Source: a virus
DNA length: 64,000 nt
Strand: one strand, 5' to 3'
IMG/VR virus record: IMGVR_UViG_3300046821_000076
Location: 8,335-72,334 of that record
Positions 28,957 to 39,052 of the stretch are shown here, in pieces. A model generated the notes under the pieces. The model was not told the origin of the DNA. It made no database searches and saw nothing but the letters and a program-made list of their open reading frames with translations. A program made the translations under genes and the position numbers. Each line of letters starts with the position of its first letter. The stretch's first letter is position 1.

Positions 28957-29523
28957 TTATTCATCCTCTAGTGCGTTAGTACGTGTCTGTAAGTCAGCAA
29001 GGTCTTTAAGCTCTTGCTCTGTTAGTGCCTGTAGTTCTACAACGCTATAAGCAGGTACACTACGCTTAGTTACTGTATCAGCTCCCTGGGCATTCTTTTT
29101 AGTAGTGAACTGCTGGTAAGTCTTTTCTTTAATAGCATTTACCAGAATCTGCTCTACATGCCATGGACGACCAAAAGGAATATTACGAGTAATATTACCT
29201 ACTACTGAGTTACCTGCAGTAAAGTAGTCACAATCATAATTAGTAGCTTTATTTGTATCCAATGGGGTGATCTGTACACGTACTAACTGCATAGCTTGTT
29301 TATATACTGAATCAGCCTTATCTTCTTGATCTGTACTTGATGCTTTAGCATCAGGAGCATCTAAAGATTCACCTTCTTGAGCTAGTTGGATTTTCGCTTT
29401 AAGTGTTGTGAGTGAGATGTTGGCTTTATATGAAATACCCATCCGATCTGCTTGAGCTTTAAGGATGTCAAGCTCAGTCTTTCCATTAACTGTAGGTGCT
29501 TCTTGAGTTGTTTCATTAGACAT
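28957..29523 (-). CDS. Conserved protein (N4 gp55-like)
   Basis: ELDILKAQADRMGISY, LVRVQIT, LTEQELKDLA; follows capsid gene. Confidence 0.8.
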   Translation of the reverse strand: MSNETTQEAPTVNGKTELDILKAQADRMGISYKANISLTTLKAKIQLAQEGESLDAPDAKASSTDQEDKADSVYKQAMQLVRVQITPLDTNKATNYDCDYFTAGNSVVGNITRNIPFGRPWHVEQILVNAIKEKTYQQFTTKKNAQGADTVTKRSVPAYSVVELQALTEQELKDLADLQTRTNALEDE

Positions 29524-29590
29524 GTGATTACCTATGGGTTGATTGTTATATAGATGAGAAGGGGAGCAATGCTCCCCCTTTAGTTACTGC

Positions 29591-30760
29591 TTAGAGTTTA
29601 GCAGCAGTTTTGATTACTGCAAGGCGTTCTGCACGTAGTACCATGAAACCGTACCACCACTGCACAGACATGAAGCCTTTCTTACCGTATGGGTCACGAT
29701 CAGATGCAGTCTCAATACCAGGCTTCTTGTGAATGATCTTGAACTTCACTGACTTAGCATCTGATTGGAAACCAATAGTAGTGAATGATTCAGAACCTAC
29801 AACAAGTAACGGATAAACGTTTACTTTACCACCTGAAGTATGAACACCATCAGCATTAATACCTGCAGCACCTGAACCTTCCCAAGCCATCATTTGAGGG
29901 TTGATGACAATACGGAATTCATCAATCTGACCAATCTCACCTTTAAGTGGAGTTTGTCCTGAAGCATATTGATGCGTAGGGATAAATGCAGGATTACCAA
30001 AGAAGTCAACCATCTTACGGAACGTATTCTTCATAGATGGACCAGCATACAAGATACGAGCAGCAGGTAACGTCTTAGTATCTACCATAGTAGAACCAGT
30101 ATTAATCTTAGTATCTTTTGGAGTACGGTTGTTATCCAAAGTAGTAGCTAAGTTAACAAGAGTTGCATAATCAACTACATCAGTTTTACCAATAGTTGCT
30201 GTAGTAGTAGCAGCGCCTGCAAAGATGTTTACACCTGCGTTAGAGATCAAATCTACTTGAAGTAAATCTTCAGTGATTTGGTTCGCACCAATAAGCATCT
30301 CACGGTTAATGTGGGTCATTAGCTCAGCGTCTGTATCGAAGTTTACAGAATCTTCTGTGTAGTCAGAGAAGATACCGTAGTTCTGGAAAGTACCTTCAAT
30401 AGTTTTACGAGTATAACCAGCACGGTTAACACGACCACCAGATTCAGAAATTACAGGCATCTTACCTATGATCTTACCAACATCTCGGCTAGAACCGTAT
30501 AAGTTACCATTTACGGTAGTTGCACCTTGAGCATCTAAGCCTTCATCGTTTACGTTACGATCATCAAGTAAAGGTACATACACATAACGTACGATACGCT
30601 TACCATAATGCATTGGCATATCAGTAGTTGAAGCCAATGGAGTGAAGAACTGTTCGTGAGCAATCTCTGTTAACGCTTTACGTGCGTAGTAGAAATCTTG
30701 AAGTTGAGTACCTGCTGAAGACGGTTGTGCATTAGCAGGGTTGTTATATTGCTGAGTCAT
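29591..30760 (-). CDS. Major capsid protein (N4 gp56-like)
   Basis: MPMHYGK, YVPLLDDRNVNDEGLDA, DPYGKKGFMSVQWWYG motifs. Confidence 0.95.
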   Translation of the reverse strand: MTQQYNNPANAQPSSAGTQLQDFYYARKALTEIAHEQFFTPLASTTDMPMHYGKRIVRYVYVPLLDDRNVNDEGLDAQGATTVNGNLYGSSRDVGKIIGKMPVISESGGRVNRAGYTRKTIEGTFQNYGIFSDYTEDSVNFDTDAELMTHINREMLIGANQITEDLLQVDLISNAGVNIFAGAATTTATIGKTDVVDYATLVNLATTLDNNRTPKDTKINTGSTMVDTKTLPAARILYAGPSMKNTFRKMVDFFGNPAFIPTHQYASGQTPLKGEIGQIDEFRIVINPQMMAWEGSGAAGINADGVHTSGGKVNVYPLLVVGSESFTTIGFQSDAKSVKFKIIHKKPGIETASDRDPYGKKGFMSVQWWYGFMVLRAERLAVIKTAAKL

Positions 30761-30771
30761 GGGCTATTACC

Positions 30772-31947
30772 TTATAAAAAGTTAGGATCAATCTTAGAGA
30801 ATTCTTCATCACTCATAGTAAACAAGTCATGCGGTGTAGGCTTAGGCTTAGCACCTGGTTTAGCAGCATTAGATGGAGCTGCTGCTGCACGTCTAGCAGT
30901 ATTACTTTGAGGTTGTTGTGCAGGTCGTTGAACAGGTCTAGCAATAGGTTGTTGTACCTGTGGGTTTACTCGAGGTTGTTCTTGGCTTGGAGTTGGCTCT
31001 CCTCCAAACATTTGAGAACCAATAGCATGATATGCTTGCAATGGAGTCATACCTTGAGGTAATCGTCCTAAATGCTGTAGCTTATCAACTTCTGCCATAA
31101 CCTTATCAAAGATACCTAGCTGAGCATGTTCTACAAGTGATTTAAGAATTTGAGGTTGTGAGTACACTTCCTGTTTGTCCGCTACAGTGCTGTTAGCAAC
31201 GAATTGCATAACATCAGCATAGCGAGGTGAAGCACTAATACTTGAGATTACGTTTTGGAATTCATATTCCTCATCAGTAATCTGAGCATCAGTAGGAGCG
31301 TAGCGATCAACAGAATCTTCATCTACAGAGTAGAGATCAATATCTGCTTGCTTCACTAAACTCGCAATTGCTTCTGGCTTACGATTGTGAATATCAATCA
31401 ATAAACCAAGGTCTTCTTGAGTAATCCCATGAGCTTCTAAAGCCTTTACCATCTTAAGAGCAGGTTTAAGCGTTGACATCTTAATATTGTAATCAATGCC
31501 TTTTTGCATAAGAGAGACTACATCATCAGCATTGTCTACTTGGAACTCTTTACCGCTTGCATTGAACTTGGCTGTGACTTTGGTATAGAAGTCTGCAGCT
31601 GCAGTTGTGTCTTGGGTTGTTGGAGGAGTATCTTCAGCACTCTCTGCGTTAGGTGCTTCGCTTTGCTTAGCACTAACTTGAGGTGCTTCAGCTACTTCCT
31701 CTACGTGTGGTTTAGTAGGTTGCTGATAAAGGTTATCTTCTTCTTGTGCAGGAGGTTGAGAGATCGGGTCTGCTTCAGTATTTTCTTCAAGGTCTTCATC
31801 GCTGCCTTGCGCTACTAACTGTTCAGAAGTAGTTTCAAACGATCCATTGGTAAACTCAGGAAGTTTACTTGGATCAATTCTATTAAACTCTTCATCAGTC
31901 ATTTTACTTAACGCTTCAGGAGTTAAAGCCGAGTAGTCAATTGTCAT
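30772..31947 (-). CDS. Scaffold-like protein (N4 gp57-like)
   Basis: MTDEEF/MSDEEF terminal motifs, acidic disordered N-terminus, FNASGKE..LMQKGIDY; directly upstream of capsid. Confidence 0.8.
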   Translation of the reverse strand: MTIDYSALTPEALSKMTDEEFNRIDPSKLPEFTNGSFETTSEQLVAQGSDEDLEENTEADPISQPPAQEEDNLYQQPTKPHVEEVAEAPQVSAKQSEAPNAESAEDTPPTTQDTTAAADFYTKVTAKFNASGKEFQVDNADDVVSLMQKGIDYNIKMSTLKPALKMVKALEAHGITQEDLGLLIDIHNRKPEAIASLVKQADIDLYSVDEDSVDRYAPTDAQITDEEYEFQNVISSISASPRYADVMQFVANSTVADKQEVYSQPQILKSLVEHAQLGIFDKVMAEVDKLQHLGRLPQGMTPLQAYHAIGSQMFGGEPTPSQEQPRVNPQVQQPIARPVQRPAQQPQSNTARRAAAAPSNAAKPGAKPKPTPHDLFTMSDEEFSKIDPNFL

Positions 31948-31955
31948 GTGTATTC

Positions 31956-32282
31956 CTAGAGTGTGATTTGCTGTAGTGACTGAGATGCATCAGCTAATCT
32001 AACGTCAACAGTATCTACCAGATTTTCCATTTCTTTTAGAAAGCGGGAGAATGTAGCAATACTATTTAGCCTGTGCTCTAACAATGATTGTTGTTCCACT
32101 GTCATTGCTGGATTAGCTTTTGCTAGGACTAAGGATACCGCATAAGAGTTCAAGTAATAGTTTTCAACTACTTTTCTAAAATCAGGATTAATACTCAATC
32201 TTTTAAAGGATTCAGCTAAATCTTTTTGAAGTCGTAATTCTCTTACTTCTTCTGCTAATTTACGCTCTTCTACGATATCCAT
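31956..32282 (-). CDS. Conserved protein (N4 gp58-like)
   Basis: RLSINPDFRKVVENYY motif; between portal and gp57. Confidence 0.78.
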   Translation of the reverse strand: MDIVEERKLAEEVRELRLQKDLAESFKRLSINPDFRKVVENYYLNSYAVSLVLAKANPAMTVEQQSLLEHRLNSIATFSRFLKEMENLVDTVDVRLADASQSLQQITL

Positions 32283-32293
32283 AAGTTATTTAC

Positions 32294-34507
32294 TTACTCA
32301 TAAGCACTACGTTGAGTTTTCTGCAAATTAGCTTTAATTTGTTCTTTAGTCAAGTCTGTTTGATTCTTTAAGAGATTTTGACTAAATAAGCTATCTTGCT
32401 TCAGCTGCTCTTTCTGTAAAGCTGCTTGTGATTGCTGACGAGATTGCTCTAAAGATTCTTCGTGTTTGATGCCTTCGGCATCCTTATAGAAGTCTAAATT
32501 GTTCTTGTCAGTGGTTGACTGCATATTAGCTGCACGAGCACCTTCAACATTAATCTTAGCTGCATTAAGTTGTGCTTTAGCTTCTGCTTCCATAGCTTGT
32601 GCCATAAGAAGTTTTGCTTCTGCTTGAGCTTTCTGTAACTCAGCTTCTTGCATAGCTTGTTGCATAGGATCAGGTTGTGGGTTGAAATTCTCTACAGCGT
32701 GAGCCAAGTCAGGAATCTTATATAGACGAGAAATCTTAGCAAGCAGCATCTTAGTAAATGACTGATCTAAAGTATTACCAATAGTTTGAGTCATCATGCT
32801 GAGTACTTGAGCTTTTTGAGAATCTTCTTCAGGAGTAGATAAGTTAATACGTAGATCGAACTCTCCACGTAAATCATCTCGCTTAATTGGAATAAAATTC
32901 TCATTAGTTACTCGTACAATTTCTTCTTCTTCTAAGAACACAGCATTCATTGCTAGGAACTTACGAGCTACTTCAACTAAACCATTACCTAATCTACGTA
33001 CAATACCCATCTCTCGTTTAGAGGCAGCATCTAGTGCTCCACGTACAGCTTCAGCAGTCTGTCCCATATTCACACCTGAAATACCAGACTGAGAGAATGC
33101 ACGTACACCTGTTAAAGACTCAGCGTCTGAATTAACTAAGTTCATTAAGAAAGGTACTGTCTCAGGGATGTTAGGGAAGTTTTGAGTAAAGACTGTATTA
33201 CGAATATCCCCAGCATTAGGGTTAAACTCGAAGTCGTCACCATTACGGAATTTATTAAAGTTAGTCGTATCCAAAGCACCTTTAGCAAAACCAGTCTGTC
33301 CTGCTGAGTTCTTAGCTACTAGGTCTATTACAGCTCGTAATACAGCACCTTGGATACGTTGATTATCAATTAATAACTCTGCATCAGGTTCCCCGTATAA
33401 TGAATCTTTTACGGGCATAAAAGGGATGAATACAAAAGGAAACTTCTTATCGGGGTATGGATTTTCTTCCATACGGATAATAGTGTCACCTACCCATGTA
33501 CATACGATAGGGCGAGCAATACCATCAGAATTAATATCATAATATCCCCAATACTCGTAACAGAATAGTTTCTGCCTAGCTTCGTCTTTAAATTTGAAGT
33601 TACTTGCTGTTGAGGTTCTCTGATATTCCGATGCATTATCTGCAGGTGTTGTTGTTGCGTTTTGTACATTGATGTTCTCCAAGTTAGTGTAGATACCTGC
33701 GCGTTTCAAATCAGACATTGAAGTTTCAAACTTGTAGATAACAAAACTTGCCTTATTTAAATCACCATTACAGGTGGGGTCTACATATACATCATCAAAA
33801 TGACATACATCAACTGTAGGATGATTTCGGATAACTTTCATTGTAGTTTGCGTTTCAGTTCCGTCTTCATAAACACGAACTGGTTGCTGAGCTTCTTGGC
33901 TTAACTGAATACTCATCTTCTCTGCTTCAGTCAATTCTGCTTCAAGTGCAGGATTTGCTTGAAGTTCTTGCATCAACCCTTGAAGTTCTTCCATATAAGT
34001 AGGATCAATGACCTGCATATACTTTGGTACTTCTTCTGTAACCTCTTCTTCTACAGTATTCCAACCTGTACGTAAGATTGCAGTACCTTCATCAACTAAA
34101 GCACGTACCATAGTATCTACAAAACGTATCTTATCAATCTGAGTATCAAACTGTTTATTAATAATAAGCTCATTCTGGTAAGCTGATTTCGTATCTTCCC
34201 ACGATGTAGGACTAATATTATATAAATCTGTTGAAGCCAGTAACACTTCAGTCAGTGCAGAATACCTCCACTCATTCTGTTTACGAATAAGCTTTGGAGC
34301 AATAGTACTTTTATTAGGTATTTTGAGGGGTGCGTGTTTTCCGCGTAAATGAAGAGCATCAAGCCAATTAGTTATCTTAGCCGTCTGTGTTTTATGATAC
34401 TCGTCTGCTGCACTAAGATCAGCTTTAAGATTAGTAACTGCTGGGGGATTCTTCCAGTCTGTTAACTTATCTTTCGTATCTTGAGGGGATAGATCAATAT
34501 TTTCCAT
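32294..34507 (-). CDS. Portal protein (N4 gp59-like)
   Basis: LTDWKNPP, PKLIRKQNEWRYSAL, ENPYPDKKFPF, C-terminal Q/A-rich coiled coil. Confidence 0.95.
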   Translation of the reverse strand: MENIDLSPQDTKDKLTDWKNPPAVTNLKADLSAADEYHKTQTAKITNWLDALHLRGKHAPLKIPNKSTIAPKLIRKQNEWRYSALTEVLLASTDLYNISPTSWEDTKSAYQNELIINKQFDTQIDKIRFVDTMVRALVDEGTAILRTGWNTVEEEVTEEVPKYMQVIDPTYMEELQGLMQELQANPALEAELTEAEKMSIQLSQEAQQPVRVYEDGTETQTTMKVIRNHPTVDVCHFDDVYVDPTCNGDLNKASFVIYKFETSMSDLKRAGIYTNLENINVQNATTTPADNASEYQRTSTASNFKFKDEARQKLFCYEYWGYYDINSDGIARPIVCTWVGDTIIRMEENPYPDKKFPFVFIPFMPVKDSLYGEPDAELLIDNQRIQGAVLRAVIDLVAKNSAGQTGFAKGALDTTNFNKFRNGDDFEFNPNAGDIRNTVFTQNFPNIPETVPFLMNLVNSDAESLTGVRAFSQSGISGVNMGQTAEAVRGALDAASKREMGIVRRLGNGLVEVARKFLAMNAVFLEEEEIVRVTNENFIPIKRDDLRGEFDLRINLSTPEEDSQKAQVLSMMTQTIGNTLDQSFTKMLLAKISRLYKIPDLAHAVENFNPQPDPMQQAMQEAELQKAQAEAKLLMAQAMEAEAKAQLNAAKINVEGARAANMQSTTDKNNLDFYKDAEGIKHEESLEQSRQQSQAALQKEQLKQDSLFSQNLLKNQTDLTKEQIKANLQKTQRSAYE

Positions 34508-34631
34508 TAAAGTAGCCTATTGTAAATACTTCATTGGATTATAGTTGACTCTATTAATATTACTACTTAATATTCATCTAGTGCCATCGTAACTACCCCC
34601 TTACTTTCCGAGAAGTTTGGGGGTTTTCACT

Positions 34632-35336
34632 TTATACCCAACCTCCTCGAGTAAAATTAGATACTTCGTTAAATGACTTAGCTCCTGCAAGATTCGCTTT
34701 AAGCCTATTACATTCTTCTTCGTACATTGATCTCCAGTTATTACCTTCATGGAACATACTACGTGCTACAGACTCAGCACCTGCAGGGTTATAAACCTTA
34801 GCAGCTACGTAATAACAAAGAGCATTCAAATACGTTAAAGGAAGTGGTATCTCAACCGTCTTAGGATCAATGGTATCGATGTCATCCAAACTAATATGCG
34901 TGGCATCTCCTTTGTACACGATGTGGTATACACCTGCGCAAGGTACATGTGAGAAAAATAACTCATTGTAAGAAGCATGACATAAAGAAGGATTGCTAGA
35001 GTGAGAAGAGACATTACCATAAGGTCCTGTTGTAGGAGTGAGAGAAGAGGTTACACTGTTTAGACTATATACTTTACCTTCGGGTGTAGTCATCCGAAGT
35101 ACTTCCAACACATCAGCACTTAAAACGTAATGCTGAACATCTTCAGTTACTTCTAAATCAAGTACACCTTCTTTAATACTGAATCTCTGATATAGATCAG
35201 ACAATCCTGAATTAATTAGAGTAGTTATCCTACGTCTATATCTAGGAAGTATATCTCCACCTTCATCTGCCATTTCGTAGGTAAACACCTCACTAGCAGC
35301 TAAAGTTTCAAATATCTTAGAAAGCTTCATAAGCAC
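34632..35336 (-). CDS. Head-tail adaptor (N4 gp67-like)
   Basis: INSGLSDLYQRF, LNALCYYVAAK, C-terminal RGGWV; follows terminase. Confidence 0.8.
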   Translation of the reverse strand: MLMKLSKIFETLAASEVFTYEMADEGGDILPRYRRRITTLINSGLSDLYQRFSIKEGVLDLEVTEDVQHYVLSADVLEVLRMTTPEGKVYSLNSVTSSLTPTTGPYGNVSSHSSNPSLCHASYNELFFSHVPCAGVYHIVYKGDATHISLDDIDTIDPKTVEIPLPLTYLNALCYYVAAKVYNPAGAESVARSMFHEGNNWRSMYEEECNRLKANLAGAKSFNEVSNFTRGGWV

Positions 35337-36953
35337 CTATACAATATAGTTTTTGAGAGCTGATTCACTACTAGACTCCAAAGGACTTGAAGACCATAGA
35401 TTAGAATCAGGGTTATAGGATAGCTCTTGTGACTGGGAAGGTACAATAATATGCATACAACCAAGCATAGATATCGTATCTATAAAGTCATCATGTTTGG
35501 ATTTTAAACCATTAGATGAAGCTAAGCGTAATTCTTCCATAGCCTCAATAAGTACAGGAGTGTCCTGTAACTCTTCAGGGAAGAACATATTACCTGCATT
35601 AAACCAAGGCACTACTACATAAAACCTCTGCAGTTTATCCACACTAGGTCTAATACCCGGCTTATTAGAGTTATTACTAGAAGCAAAGTTAAAGTAAATC
35701 TGCCTACGTACTTGCTCTTTTTTAAGCCAAGGAATAAAGCCTTCTTGTTGTCCTGATACTTCAATACCAACACTGAGAGGTTTGTACTTACTACAGAAAC
35801 CAAATAAATCCTCTACATTCTTATCCATAGTCTGACGCTTACAGACACCATCAACATAGTAGAATTGATTCAGATGGTTTACTGCCCACACAGATATTAC
35901 TGAGTAATCTGCAGACTGCTTCTCAGAGGTAGCAAAGTCAGTAGTAATATAATAATTATATGTAGACTTATTCTTCAATAGATCATTACGACTATACCAA
36001 TTCACATCTGCTTCAGATACCAACCTGTCCTCATCAGACATAATACGTAGCATAAGTTCTTGGTTAAAACCTTTAAGTCTTCCTAAGTTCTTAGCTTCTT
36101 CATATTTACGTCTTACATGCGCATAGGTAAAACGATTCTCCCAAGCACCTTTAAATTCTTCTTCAGTGCAAGGAAACTTCTCACATACTGGATAGCAGTT
36201 AACAGCCCACGAACCAGACTCGATAGCTTCATACAGTGGATCACTAGCATTGAAGGGTGTACCGGACCAGATTGTTTTACTACCCATTGGGTGCATTGCG
36301 TGGTCAATAGCGTTATGGACTGTATCTTTAATCTTATCAATACACGTCTGAGAGCGAGCATCTTCGTCTGAAACCACGTCATCAATGATAGCTAGTTGAG
36401 GACGTACACCCATCTCTTTAACACCACGTACACCGGTCTGACCGCCATAACCTTTAACAATAAAACGATTACCTGACGCGTTATTAAACTCCCAACGAAT
36501 GTCAGTAAACTTAGCATGAGGAATAGCCTTCATTAAGAAAGATGAGTTCTCTCTACGATATTCTAAGTTTTTACGCATGTTCTTAACACCGTTCTCTACA
36601 GAGTCAGAAACATAGATTGCTAGGTTAATTTTACCGAATGTAGGTAGTTGTCCAAACACAGCCAAGTAAAGTAAAAGATATTCACCTAGTACAGTGGTCT
36701 TAGCAGCACCACGGAAAACCATATTAGCAATCTTAGGAGTGTCTAAACGGTCAATCTGATCTAGCATTTTTAAGTGTAATACAGGAGTAGTATTTTCTTC
36801 ACCACTACCACCATTAACTAGCTTAATGAAGTTAACAAAAGCCAAGGCAAAAGCACTAGGTTTATAAGTTAAATCATCACCGTAGTTAACTTGGTTTAGC
36901 CATTGATCTACAGACTGTTTAACTAAACCAAGAGAGTTGAGCTTACTCGCCAT
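35337..36953 (-). CDS. terL: Terminase large subunit (N4 gp68-like)
   Basis: FRGAAKTT Walker A, AIIDD Walker B, TTDFA and HDDFIDT nuclease motifs. Confidence 0.95.
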   Translation of the reverse strand: MASKLNSLGLVKQSVDQWLNQVNYGDDLTYKPSAFALAFVNFIKLVNGGSGEENTTPVLHLKMLDQIDRLDTPKIANMVFRGAAKTTVLGEYLLLYLAVFGQLPTFGKINLAIYVSDSVENGVKNMRKNLEYRRENSSFLMKAIPHAKFTDIRWEFNNASGNRFIVKGYGGQTGVRGVKEMGVRPQLAIIDDVVSDEDARSQTCIDKIKDTVHNAIDHAMHPMGSKTIWSGTPFNASDPLYEAIESGSWAVNCYPVCEKFPCTEEEFKGAWENRFTYAHVRRKYEEAKNLGRLKGFNQELMLRIMSDEDRLVSEADVNWYSRNDLLKNKSTYNYYITTDFATSEKQSADYSVISVWAVNHLNQFYYVDGVCKRQTMDKNVEDLFGFCSKYKPLSVGIEVSGQQEGFIPWLKKEQVRRQIYFNFASSNNSNKPGIRPSVDKLQRFYVVVPWFNAGNMFFPEELQDTPVLIEAMEELRLASSNGLKSKHDDFIDTISMLGCMHIIVPSQSQELSYNPDSNLWSSSPLESSSESALKNYIV

Positions 36954-37626
36954 CTTCTACCTCTGCTTGAATAATACGTGATTCAGCTACTTGCTTAGCA
37001 TTGCTAATATTGGAATCAATAGCATCTTTTTGAGCAGTTGCTAAGGCATATACCTGATCTTGTAACTGCTTAATATAATCTGTCTCTTGAATACCAATAT
37101 TAAGGTTAATTTGCTTATTTTCAGGCTGTTTTAGATGAGAAAGTAATGAGTTAGCAGCATCACTTCTAACCTTCTCAGAAGCTGCATTATTCATTAAATA
37201 AAACTGAGTATTGATAGCTGCTTGAAACTTATCTTGATTCAGAATATGAGTAGGTACAATTGCCTGCTCATAAACCAAGTTCACAAGCTTATTATTGTTA
37301 TACCCTGCTACGTGTGCAGAAATGTCTTTAGGTGACTTACCTAGTTGTAACCACCCTTGCATCTTAGCTGGAAATACTTTTGCATATGAATCTACGTTGG
37401 AATGTCCCATCACTTTATAAGATACATACATGACAGCATTCATATAATCACTAAGTTTAAACCTACCCTCACTCAATACTTTGTTATATGAGAGCATATT
37501 ATCTCTAAACGCGTCTCGCATATCAGGATCAGTGAGCACAGCATTAAGATCATCTAGTACTTGATCGTTAATACTCTTATGTACTGTAGGAGGTAGCGCT
37601 TCTTTTAACTGTTGCTTAGTAAACAT
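36943..37626 (-). CDS. Probable terminase small subunit (N4 gp69-like)
   Basis: DYMNAVMYVSYK, SEKVRSDAANSLLSHLK; immediately upstream of terL. Confidence 0.78.
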   Translation of the reverse strand: MFTKQQLKEALPPTVHKSINDQVLDDLNAVLTDPDMRDAFRDNMLSYNKVLSEGRFKLSDYMNAVMYVSYKVMGHSNVDSYAKVFPAKMQGWLQLGKSPKDISAHVAGYNNNKLVNLVYEQAIVPTHILNQDKFQAAINTQFYLMNNAASEKVRSDAANSLLSHLKQPENKQINLNIGIQETDYIKQLQDQVYALATAQKDAIDSNISNAKQVAESRIIQAEVEDGE

Positions 37627-37702
37627 AGCAGTCCTTAGTAATTACTTGTAAGATACTGCAGAGTTATACACTTTTTAACCCAATATTAAAAGGAAACTAA
37701 GT

Positions 37703-37972
37703 ATGCCCCAAAGAGTAACTGTATTAGGGGAGCATTTAAAATTAATGCTACCTGACCATGTTTACGAGTTCTTAGGAAGAGGTTCTCTATTCAGCTACCA
37801 GTCTTACGGCACCGGCACAGCAACGGTAGAAGTGTCTAATGACCTAGAGAACTGGATTACATTATTTGATGTTTCAGGGGCGGATAGTGTTGTGTTAATG
37901 CATCCCTGGAAGTACCAAAAAGTATCTAATCCTATAGACTTAGAAGTATACGTATTACAAGGGAGACACTAA
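37703..37972 (+). CDS. Small beta-rich protein, paralog A1
   Basis: AAGGA RBS; YEFLGRG..GTATVEVSND..NWITL shared with 38118-38378. Confidence 0.8.
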   Translation: MPQRVTVLGEHLKLMLPDHVYEFLGRGSLFSYQSYGTGTATVEVSNDLENWITLFDVSGADSVVLMHPWKYQKVSNPIDLEVYVLQGRH

Positions 37973-38118
37973 TGATTATTGTAAACCCAAAAGCTGTGTA
38001 CCCTATGCAAATGCGTCAGTTTGAAACTAATGCCCAAGCTTTAGCGGCAGGGCTTACTGTAGGTACTTTGTACCATAACGCATTAGGTCAGGTATTTGTA
38101 GTTATGGAGGCTGTTTAA
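37972..38118 (+). CDS. Small protein B1 (48 aa, not in ORF track)
   Basis: TAATG coupling at both ends, GGGAG RBS; MIIVNPKAV...FETNAQALAAGLTVGTLY. Confidence 0.7.
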   Translation: MIIVNPKAVYPMQMRQFETNAQALAAGLTVGTLYHNALGQVFVVMEAV

Positions 38119-38378
38119 TGAATCCAATCATAGCAGTTTTAGGTGAAGACACTGTAAGTTTAAAGTCTGATTTTATCTATGAGTTTATGGGTAGAGGTTT
38201 TGTATACACCTACCAAACTGTAGGTGAAGGTACTGCTACCGTAGAAGTATCAAACGATAAATCTAACTGGATTACCTTAGCAGTATTTACTGACGCAGAC
38301 TCCGCCGTACTAGCACATACCTGGGCATACCAACGCCTTACACCTACAACACTAACAATTACTGTACGGAGAGATTAA
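38118..38378 (+). CDS. Small beta-rich protein, paralog A2
   Basis: GGAGG RBS; clear paralog of 37703-37972. Confidence 0.8.
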   Translation: MNPIIAVLGEDTVSLKSDFIYEFMGRGFVYTYQTVGEGTATVEVSNDKSNWITLAVFTDADSAVLAHTWAYQRLTPTTLTITVRRD

Positions 38379-38665
38379 TGGCAGTTGTTAACCCACAAGC
38401 GGTATTAAATCCAATACCTCTAACACGTACCCAAGTATCCGTAGCTCCAGCAACGATTGCAGCAAAGGATACATTAAGAATTGCAGTTCCAGTACAAGGA
38501 ACAACTACTCTACATTTTGCTAACGCTGCTCTTTCATTCAACAATGTTAACCTATCACTTGCTACAAAATCAGACGTAAACACTGTATATGTATTTATTA
38601 CTAATACTAGTAATAATCCAATCAATTTAACTAGCAGTACTCTTGCAGTTGCAACGTATACCTAA
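38378..38665 (+). CDS. Small beta-rich protein B2
   Basis: GGAG RBS, TAATG coupling; N-terminus MAVVNPQAV resembles B1. Confidence 0.75.
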   Translation: MAVVNPQAVLNPIPLTRTQVSVAPATIAAKDTLRIAVPVQGTTTLHFANAALSFNNVNLSLATKSDVNTVYVFITNTSNNPINLTSSTLAVATYT

Positions 38666-38685
38666 ACACCTCTTAAACCAATAAG

Positions 38686-38713
38686 AATAACCTCCTACTT
38701 AGGGGGTTATTTT
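38686..38713 (+). terminator. Intrinsic terminator
   Basis: AATAACCTCCT-ACTT-AGGGGGTTATTTT. Confidence 0.75.
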
Positions 38714-38719
38714 ATATCT

Positions 38720-38990
38720 ACAGTATGATCACTGAAAAGTTTTTAACTTTTTACTTATTTTTTTATTTTGAAATTTGAGATACGTATTACTAGTATGAAG
38801 ACTAAACACTAGGGAACTTTTTCACATTTTTCATTTCTTAGTACCACTGTAAAAGTTTTCAACTTTTTCACATTTTCTATTTTTGGGTACAGAGGTAGGG
38901 GTTACTACCACTACCCACCTACCTACCGATACTACCCCCCTATTCAAATTCTGAAAAAGGATTCTTACCCTTACCTGGATTAATCAAATA
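38720..38990. repeat. Non-coding probable genome-end region with repeated palindromes
   Basis: AAAAGTT-nnn-AACTTTT at 38735-38751 and 38851-38867, half copy near 38814, T-tracts, CTACC repeats; between terminase block and first early gene. Confidence 0.55.
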
Positions 38991-39052
38991 GATTCTATTG
39001 TCTAGTGTGTGGATAATTCTGTCCAATATACGTATATAAGAGAGATATCAAA

